Source of the DNA: an uncultured Gammaproteobacteria bacterium
GTDB lineage: Bacteria; Patescibacteriota; Microgenomatia; CAZETR01; Amesbacteraceae
Reading direction: 5' to 3'
Assembly: GCA_964543035.1 (NCBI GenBank)
Contig: CAZIVL010000002.1
Location: forward strand, 150,948-214,947
Length of the DNA: 64,000 nucleotides
Position numbers and translations under genes: made by a program. Each line of letters starts with the position of its first letter. Position 1 is the first letter of the stretch. This document shows positions 57,364 to 64,000 of the stretch, piece after piece. The notes beneath the pieces are model-generated. The model was not told the DNA's origin and ran no database searches. It saw only the letters and a list, made by a program, of their open reading frames with translations.

Positions 57364-59667
57364 GTGGCATATAATTTGGGAATGACTAGCGCTAAATACA
57401 ATTTTTCGGAAGTTGAGGCTAAATGGCAGAAAAAGTGGGATGAGGAGAAGATTTATAAGGCTAAAGGTCAGGGCGATAAAAAATATATCCTCGCTATGTT
57501 TCCATACCCATCTGGTGCTGGCATCCATGTAGGACATTTGACAGGCTACATTGGGGCAGAGGTGGTCTCGAGATATTTTAGGATGAAGGGTTATGACGTA
57601 ATGTTTCCAATCGGATGGGATGCGTTTGGTTTACCAGCTGAGAATTATGCGATCAAGCACGGAGTCCATCCGGATAAGTCTACGCACGACAATATCGCCA
57701 ACTTTATTAAACAGCTGAAGGGGCCGGGGCTGGCATACGATTGGAGTAGGGTAATAGATACGAGTAGCCCCGAGTACATGAAGTGGTCGCAGTGGCTATT
57801 TATTAAACTCTTTGAGAAGGGTTTGGCCTATAAGGCTCTCGCTTCGGTAAACTGGTGTCCATCCTGCGAAACTGTGCTTGCTAACGAACAGGTGGTAGAT
57901 GACAAATGCGAGAGATGCGACAGTGTAGTTGAATCAAGACAGATGGAGCAGTGGTTTTTTAGGATAACCGACTATAGCGAGAGGCTACTTATGGGTTTGA
58001 ACAATATTGACTGGCCAGCTTCAACTAAAGCCATGCAGAGGAATTGGATTGGGAAGAAAGAAGGTTATACGATCAAATTTGAGGGGATCCTGCCTGCCGG
58101 CAGGCAGGTTGCGGTCTTTACCACTCGTCCGGATACTCTGAATAGTGCGACTTTTGTGGCATTGGCAGTTGATTACCCCGGAGTGATAGAGCTGGCAAGT
58201 AAAGAAAAGAAGCCTCAAGTAGAGCAATTCTTAAAAAGGACTTGGACACAAGAAACGAGAGATAAAACCAAAGAGGGCATGAATCTGGGGATTACTGTAA
58301 CTAATCCTTTGACGGGGGATCAAATTCCCGTATGGGTGACTAACTATGTGACTATGGATTTTGGGACTGGGGCGATCATGGGAGTGCCTGGTCATGATTC
58401 CCGCGACAACGAGTTTGCTAGTAAGTATCAGATTGATATAGTAAACAAAGAGCCCGATGCTACACTTGCGGAAAAAATAATTAAAGAAGGTTGGGGAAAA
58501 AAGAAGGTAAATTACCATTTGCGAGACTGGTTGATTAGTAGACAAAGATATTGGGGAGCGCCAATACCAATGATTTGGTGTGAGAAATGTGGATGGAACC
58601 CTGTCTCTGAGAAAGATTTGCCAGTCAAGTTGCCGATGGATGTTGAATTTAGGCCTACTGGTGAATCGCCACTGGCTGGATCTAAGGAATTTCAAGAGGG
58701 GGTGGCGTGTCCAAACTGTGGTGGAAAGGGAAGAAGAGAAGTGGATACCATGGATACGTTTATGGATTCTTCTTGGTACTTTTTGAGGTTTTGTGATCCA
58801 TTTAATACTAGTGAACCTTGGAGTGCGGAATCTATTAAGAAGTGGATGCCGGTTGATTTGTATATAGGTGGAGATCATGCGACCACGCATTTGATTTACG
58901 CCCGATTCGTGATGATGGCCTTGTATGACATGGGGTTGGTATTTCAGGAGGAACCCTTCCCTCGTTTTTACAAGAATGGGCATCTGTTGGGTGAAGACAA
59001 TCGGAAGATGAGCAAGAGATGGGGAAACGTGGTCGATCCGGTAGAAATGGTCAATAAGTTTGGCGCTGATGCACTACGTACTTATGAAATGTTTATGGGG
59101 CCATTGGATGCAACCATGGTTTGGAGTACCTCTGGAATTGAGGGGGTAGCAAGATTTTTGAGCAGAGTTCAGAAGCTGATTGAGAATGAAGAACGACCAG
59201 AAGTCAGTAGTGCCGAGGCTAAATTGACTATGAGTCGGTTAATTACTAAGGTTGAAAAGGATATCAATGTTTTGAAGCTGAACACAGCAATCGCCGCATG
59301 TATGTCGTGGGTGAACTGGTGGTCTGATCATAAGACGGAAGTGGGTCGAGATTTGACTTTGGCTTTTGTAAAAATACTTGCTCCCTTTGCACCGTTTTTG
59401 GCAGAAGAGATGTATCAGCGCTTGAAGGATTCGAGTGACAAATTTGAATCTGTGCACACCAGCTCCTGGCCGGTGATGGAATATGATCAGGCTAGCGAAC
59501 AGGTAAAGATCATTGTACAGGTGGATGGAAGAGTACGATTTGTGAGTGAGGGACCGATCACTGAAGCTGAAGCTCGAGAGAAAGTAGGGAAGTATTTGGT
59601 GGGTGACTACAAAGTTGTGCAGATTCCGGGAAAAGTAATAAACTTTGTGAGTGAGGGACACAAGTAA
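57364..59667 (+). CDS. leuS: leucyl-tRNA synthetase (compact, reduced CP1)
   Basis: HIGH as HVGH (PYPSGAGIHVGH), KMSKR as KMSKRWGN, editing TTRPDT. Confidence 0.9.
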   Translation: MAYNLGMTSAKYNFSEVEAKWQKKWDEEKIYKAKGQGDKKYILAMFPYPSGAGIHVGHLTGYIGAEVVSRYFRMKGYDVMFPIGWDAFGLPAENYAIKHGVHPDKSTHDNIANFIKQLKGPGLAYDWSRVIDTSSPEYMKWSQWLFIKLFEKGLAYKALASVNWCPSCETVLANEQVVDDKCERCDSVVESRQMEQWFFRITDYSERLLMGLNNIDWPASTKAMQRNWIGKKEGYTIKFEGILPAGRQVAVFTTRPDTLNSATFVALAVDYPGVIELASKEKKPQVEQFLKRTWTQETRDKTKEGMNLGITVTNPLTGDQIPVWVTNYVTMDFGTGAIMGVPGHDSRDNEFASKYQIDIVNKEPDATLAEKIIKEGWGKKKVNYHLRDWLISRQRYWGAPIPMIWCEKCGWNPVSEKDLPVKLPMDVEFRPTGESPLAGSKEFQEGVACPNCGGKGRREVDTMDTFMDSSWYFLRFCDPFNTSEPWSAESIKKWMPVDLYIGGDHATTHLIYARFVMMALYDMGLVFQEEPFPRFYKNGHLLGEDNRKMSKRWGNVVDPVEMVNKFGADALRTYEMFMGPLDATMVWSTSGIEGVARFLSRVQKLIENEERPEVSSAEAKLTMSRLITKVEKDINVLKLNTAIAACMSWVNWWSDHKTEVGRDLTLAFVKILAPFAPFLAEEMYQRLKDSSDKFESVHTSSWPVMEYDQASEQVKIIVQVDGRVRFVSEGPITEAEAREKVGKYLVGDYKVVQIPGKVINFVSEGHK

Positions 59668-60013
59668 ACAAGCGATTGTCTTTGCGCTATTTGGAGGTAT
59701 TTTGATAGGGTTGGGTGTGTTTTTTTGGAAATCGGGGGGATTAGAAATAAATACAAACATTCAAATACTAAATTACGAATCGGAGATTCGCTCTTCGCGT
59801 AAGAACCAAATAAATACCAAAAACGAAAGACTAAAGACAAATATAAATATTGCAACGCAAGTAGAACTGGAGGCCTTGCCCAGAATTGGTGAGGTGACGG
59901 CGAGAAAGATAATGGGTGGGAGGCCATATGTGAATACGCGTGAGCTGGTAGAAAGAAAGATACTGGGGGAAAAGGCGTACGATGAGATTAGAGATTTGAT
60001 AGCTGTGGAATGA
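59651..60013 (+). CDS. comEA: ComEA-like competence protein (TM + helix-hairpin-helix)
   Basis: N-terminal TM, C-terminal ATQVELEALPRIGEVTARKIMGGRPYVNTRELV HhH. Confidence 0.7.
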   Translation: MRDTSKQAIVFALFGGILIGLGVFFWKSGGLEINTNIQILNYESEIRSSRKNQINTKNERLKTNINIATQVELEALPRIGEVTARKIMGGRPYVNTRELVERKILGEKAYDEIRDLIAVE

Positions 60014-60972
60014 GCAAGAAACTAGCGGTATTTGGACTGTTACTAGTATTTGGGGGAAGCTTGTTTTTGCGACATGACTTTGAGGGGCTTGTTAAGTCTT
60101 GGTTACCGGGGGACGAGGCAGGACTTGCTTCTGGAATCCTCCTGGGAGGATCTGGCAAGCTAAGTAGCCCGGCCAAAGAAGCATATAGACGAGTGGGGAT
60201 GCTACATGTGGTGGCAGCGTCTGGATACAATGTCACAATAATTGCGGGGTTAACAATGGTGATTGCCGTCAAACTGGTATCCAGGAGGTGGGCGATACTG
60301 TTTGTGATAGTTAGTGTGGTTTTGTATATGTATCTGGCGGGAATGACAGCGTCAGTCGTGCGAGCTGGGATTATGGCAATCTGTACATATATTGCCTTGA
60401 TGTTTGGGAGACCTGCCGATGGTTACTGGGTATTGGGGCTGGTATCAGGACTTATGATACTGATTAATCCGGGGTATGTGAGTGATATTGGATTTTTGCT
60501 GTCGGTGGCGGCGACTGTGGGAGTGCTTTCTTCTCATGTCATCCCGACCGAGTTTGAAAAACGAGTGGAGGGATCCCTCGACTTGCTGCGCTCGCTCGGG
60601 ATGACAATAAAAAATGATCTAAAGACTACCTTGTGGGCACAGGCATTTACGACACCCATTATCTTGCATTATTTTGGTGATCTGAGCCTGATTGCACCAG
60701 TAACTAATGCTCTTATGCTCTGGATGGTGCCTATTGTGATGCAGATCATGTTAGTTGCCTTGGGAGTGGGTGTGGTGTGGCCGTTTTTTGGCCAACTGAT
60801 CTCATTTTTGGCATATCCTTTTTTGCGGATTCTGAATCTGGGAGCACAGTTTTTTTCAGAGCTGCCACTGGCGAGTATCAGTGTTGGGAAGATGTCTTTG
60901 GCCTGGGTGGGAGCATATTATGTGGTCTTAATTGCTCTAATTAGTCTAATTAACCTAAAAAGAAGAGGATGA
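60010..60972 (+). CDS. comEC: ComEC/Rec2 competence membrane-channel domain protein
   Basis: Polytopic; LHVVAASGYNVTIIAG resembles the ComEC competence domain. Confidence 0.7.
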   Translation: MSKKLAVFGLLLVFGGSLFLRHDFEGLVKSWLPGDEAGLASGILLGGSGKLSSPAKEAYRRVGMLHVVAASGYNVTIIAGLTMVIAVKLVSRRWAILFVIVSVVLYMYLAGMTASVVRAGIMAICTYIALMFGRPADGYWVLGLVSGLMILINPGYVSDIGFLLSVAATVGVLSSHVIPTEFEKRVEGSLDLLRSLGMTIKNDLKTTLWAQAFTTPIILHYFGDLSLIAPVTNALMLWMVPIVMQIMLVALGVGVVWPFFGQLISFLAYPFLRILNLGAQFFSELPLASISVGKMSLAWVGAYYVVLIALISLINLKRRG

Positions 60973-61859
60973 AATATCTGATTATTGGTCTGACTCTCGT
61001 GTTGATAGCCGTGTGGACGGCGGTCATTGTGCTGCCTGATGACAAGCTGCATGTGGTCGTATGCGATGTGGGGCAGGGGGACGCGATACTGGTGTGGCAA
61101 GGATATATCCAGATGCTCGTGGACTCGGGTCCTAATAATGATGTGCAGGCATGTCTAGGAGCACATATACCGTTTTACGATCGGAAGCTTGATCTGGTGA
61201 TCCTTACACATCCCGATTCTGATCATGTAGGAGGAATGGCTGAGGTGGTGGCCAGATACAGGATCGGAAAATTTGTGACAGTGCCTATTGGCACACAAAC
61301 GACTGCATATCAAAACCTAATGCGGCAAACCACAAACCACAATGTCCAGATAACAAATGTATATGCCGGGGATGAAATACGTTTTGGGGATATGAGGTTT
61401 GAGGTAGTGTGGCCCGCCAAGTCTTTTGTGGCGAATAACACCCCCTCTGATCCCCCTCTTGCTTCAAGAGGGGGAAGTGTATTGGGTTTAAGTACGATTG
61501 GGGCGGGGACAAATGAGTTTTCGATAGGGGGAGTCCTTCGATTTGGGGAATTTGACATGATGTTTACGGGAGACGCGGATATTGCGATTCTGGATGATCA
61601 ACTCGCCACGGGGCTCTTGTCTGATGTGGATGTACTAAAGGTTGCTCATCACGGCAGCAAGTTTGGGACGACTTCCTCCTGGCTAGCGGCTGTCAGGCCC
61701 GAACTGGCTGTGGTGTCTGTGGGTAAGAATAATCGTTATGGGCATCCGACTGACGAAGTAATGAAGTTATTGAGTGATTTTGAGATTAAGATCATGAGAA
61801 CTGATCTGGAAGGGGAGATTGAGATTGTGAGTGATGGGGTGGGGTGGAGGGTATACTAA
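60969..61859 (+). CDS. comEC: ComEC C-terminal metallo-beta-lactamase domain protein (separate ORF)
   Basis: VVVCDVGQGDAILV..., HPDSDHVGG, VAHHGS; ATGA overlap with upstream ORF. Confidence 0.8.
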   Translation: MKYLIIGLTLVLIAVWTAVIVLPDDKLHVVVCDVGQGDAILVWQGYIQMLVDSGPNNDVQACLGAHIPFYDRKLDLVILTHPDSDHVGGMAEVVARYRIGKFVTVPIGTQTTAYQNLMRQTTNHNVQITNVYAGDEIRFGDMRFEVVWPAKSFVANNTPSDPPLASRGGSVLGLSTIGAGTNEFSIGGVLRFGEFDMMFTGDADIAILDDQLATGLLSDVDVLKVAHHGSKFGTTSSWLAAVRPELAVVSVGKNNRYGHPTDEVMKLLSDFEIKIMRTDLEGEIEIVSDGVGWRVY

Positions 61860-62947
61860 GGCTGATTTTGTCTTTGAGATAAAATATTTTCAATGTTTAA
61901 TCTCATTATTTCACTTTGCATTGGGTTAAAAGGTGTAGCTCCGTTGGAGATAATGTCTCGTAATTCTTGTGACCCATAGGTGTAGTCTGACATAACGCTT
62001 TTTATTGAATAAAATCCATACACTGGGTCTCCCATACATCTTTTTCCAAATGGAATTATGGGTGGGTCAATATTAGCGAATGCTTGTGCGACAAGTCCAT
62101 CTATCATCGTTGTGTCGGTAAATAGTTCTGTGTTGTTTAGCTCTGGCCCCATAAATATAGGATAACTGTCCGATAATCCTCCGATCATATGCCCGGTTAT
62201 TTCGTGAGCCAGGAAGTAGAGGTTATCAGGATTCTCTCCGGGTACTGTAGACATGAATGGTCCGCCTGACCCTGCCCAATCAGAGGTGTTTGCAACAAGT
62301 ACGTACTGGTCTACATGTCTGACAGTGTTTACCTGAGAGATAAAGGGGTCGACCTCGTTTGATAGAGGAGCAAATAGTAATCTGTCACTTCTCTCCATGG
62401 TTAAAGGGACATTTTTTCTGAAAAACGAAAATTCTACTCTCATCCCTTTGGATAGGGCAGCTAGGTCAGAAACGACTTGGGCTAATCTCATCTCTATTTT
62501 TTCAGGGTCGTCATATCCAACAGGAACAACTAGAACCTGTAGTTTGTTGAGATCTGGGTCTGGTTGGGAGAAGTCATTTGGACCCAAATTTAAGGATTTT
62601 ATTTGTTCTTCGGAACCAACGAATTGATAGTCTGATCTTAAGGGTTGGTTGTTCGTTTCTACTGCTGCTTCGGGAGTGCCTGCTGCTACTGCACTTAGGG
62701 GATCCGGGTCTGATATATCATATCTACAAAAGTCATAACTATCAGGAACTGCTGTAACCTTATATGATGTAGCTGTTGGAAAAGGGGTGGGAGTTTCTGT
62801 TGAGGTAGGAGTTTCGGAAGGAATAAACGTAGGGGTAGAAGAAGGTTCTAATTCAATTGATGGGGCAATTTCGGTTGAATTGCTGCAAGCTGCCAACAGG
62901 CTTGCTACTAGCAGTCCATATGTCGCTTTTCTATAGGACGATTTCAT
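61856..62947 (-). CDS. secreted lipoprotein, putative zinc metalloprotease (HEITGH)
   Basis: Lipobox LLAACS, PT-rich linker, HExxH as FLAHEITGHMIGG. Confidence 0.5.
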   Translation of the reverse strand: MKSSYRKATYGLLVASLLAACSNSTEIAPSIELEPSSTPTFIPSETPTSTETPTPFPTATSYKVTAVPDSYDFCRYDISDPDPLSAVAAGTPEAAVETNNQPLRSDYQFVGSEEQIKSLNLGPNDFSQPDPDLNKLQVLVVPVGYDDPEKIEMRLAQVVSDLAALSKGMRVEFSFFRKNVPLTMERSDRLLFAPLSNEVDPFISQVNTVRHVDQYVLVANTSDWAGSGGPFMSTVPGENPDNLYFLAHEITGHMIGGLSDSYPIFMGPELNNTELFTDTTMIDGLVAQAFANIDPPIIPFGKRCMGDPVYGFYSIKSVMSDYTYGSQELRDIISNGATPFNPMQSEIMRLNIENILSQRQNQP

Positions 62948-63037
62948 CTATAAATTATATCCTATAGTATCAAGTTTTGCAATTTGCTCAAATCGTTTGA
63001 GGTTTGGTGTGGACACGTGCCGGGCGTTTGAAGCTGA

Positions 63038-63505
63038 TTGTGGTATATTTTGAATATGTCGTTGAGCTATGAGATTGTATCTAGGGATGTATTGAGTGAG
63101 GAGTGGCTACGAGAGAGGTTGGCTGATGATTTTAAAATCTTTGGAGAGATGAGAAACCCTGAGGGGAAGTTAGTTCATTTGGTGCTCAAGCCAATACATG
63201 AGAAGACGCCTGAACTACTCAAAGATGGTGTGGAATTTGGAGTTGGGTCGAATCAATTGTATGTCAGAGTGGTTGCAAGTGCATTTACTGACCTTGAGAT
63301 GGAGAAGCTGATGCAAATTATTGATGTGGTGGCGCTCAAGCTGGGGGCACACATTGTAGATCCTCAGATAGGACTTGATGATATCGAACCATCGGGATTC
63401 ACTGAGGCTAAATTTTTTGATTTTTCGATTGCAGGGAAGACCGTTTCAAATGAGGTCATAGCTCCTGAATTTGTGAATGTAGTAAGGAACCTGGGGAAGA
63501 GCTAA
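63038..63505 (+). CDS. hypothetical protein
   Basis: 155 aa ORF. Confidence 0.4.
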   Translation: MWYILNMSLSYEIVSRDVLSEEWLRERLADDFKIFGEMRNPEGKLVHLVLKPIHEKTPELLKDGVEFGVGSNQLYVRVVASAFTDLEMEKLMQIIDVVALKLGAHIVDPQIGLDDIEPSGFTEAKFFDFSIAGKTVSNEVIAPEFVNVVRNLGKS

Positions 63506-63584
63506 AATATATCTATGAGAATATGCTCATCGCTTTATTTGCTGACGCAATGGACGATCATATCCGCGTTTGATTGTGATGTAT

Positions 63585-64000
63585 ATGCGGATTGGAATTG
63601 ATGCGAGTCGGGCGTTTGGGAGTGAGAGAACTGGGACGGAGGAGTATTCGTATCAGATGATCAAGCATCTGTTGGTTTTGCCTGAAGCTAAAAAACATGA
63701 ATGGGTGCTGTATGTAAGAGAGAAGCCTGGATTCTTCGCGGAGGCTCAGAATGACAACGTTACTATAGAAAAGATTGGTATGAGGTATCTGTGGACGCAA
63801 GTGGGACTGGCTAGTAGGACCTGGATAGATAACCTGGATGTCTTGTGGGTGCCGGCTCATACGCTGCCGGTCTTGCGAAAGCCGGGACTGAAGACTGTGG
63901 TGACTGTGCATGGCATTGAATATGAGTGGCTACCAGCCTATGAGAACGCGCTACAAAGGTGGTACTTGCCTCTATCGACTCAATACGCAGTGGGGAGTGC
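63585..64000 (+). CDS. glycosyltransferase family 4 (N-terminal part; runs off window)
   Basis: MRIGIDASRAFGSERTG...TVHGIEY typical GT4 N-terminus; no stop before window end. Confidence 0.6.
   Translation, partial: MRIGIDASRAFGSERTGTEEYSYQMIKHLLVLPEAKKHEWVLYVREKPGFFAEAQNDNVTIEKIGMRYLWTQVGLASRTWIDNLDVLWVPAHTLPVLRKPGLKTVVTVHGIEYEWLPAYENALQRWYLPLSTQYAVGS

Overview
This 64 kb window looks like a small-genome, Patescibacteria/CPR-like bacterium, judged from gene content alone. Evidence includes an ATP-dependent DNA ligase, N-terminally short MurE/MurF, sortase, a split ComEC, an O-antigen-ligase-TPR protein, leaderless TATAAT-start genes and about 45 % GC. Gene order along the window: a Fic protein (runs off the 5' edge), ATP-dependent DNA ligase, pth, a block of hypothetical/secreted proteins (HNH-like?, thermonuclease, Cys-rich secreted protein, vWA protein), a thiol-redox cluster (trxA, trxB, DsbA-like), and a SpoU methylase. 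An unusual rRNA locus follows. The 16S gene is followed by about 7.7 kb of protein-coding DNA before the 23S gene, carrying small Cys-rich ORFs, an orphan Flp-type pilin, tRNA-Ile(GAT), a MacAB/YknXYZ-like HlyD-ABC-FtsX exporter with an embedded unknown protein, and a large NHL-repeat secreted protein. Then come tRNA-Ala(TGC), a 23S rRNA interrupted by two ORF-less group-I-like introns (about 308 and 322 nt), and 5S. Downstream are pyrG, a VKOR-dihydroorotate dehydrogenase fusion, a stand-alone MGMT domain, an OmpR-type wHTH regulator, rpsA, radA, a sortase with a PETG-anchored Cys-rich substrate, rho (with a Q/N-rich prion-like insert), and a GreA-like protein. A peptidoglycan cluster on alternating strands follows (murF, ddl, murB, murA, pgeF, murD, murC, mraY, murE, M23-LysM peptidase). 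The window ends with tRNA-Ala(GGC), NUDIX, an O-antigen-ligase/TPR protein, an IS200/RAYT-like transposase, leuS, comEA plus a split comEC, an HExxH lipoprotein and a GT4 glycosyltransferase (runs off the 3' edge). No CRISPR array was seen. The most interesting signals are: the VKOR-DHODH fusion (Cys at the catalytic-base position); an apparently circularly permuted DsbA domain; the exporter/secreted-protein module lodged inside the rRNA spacer; the two 23S introns; and a phased heptanucleotide (GTATNNN)n repeat family found at five or more loci, including in-frame inside murE, murF and a signal peptide.
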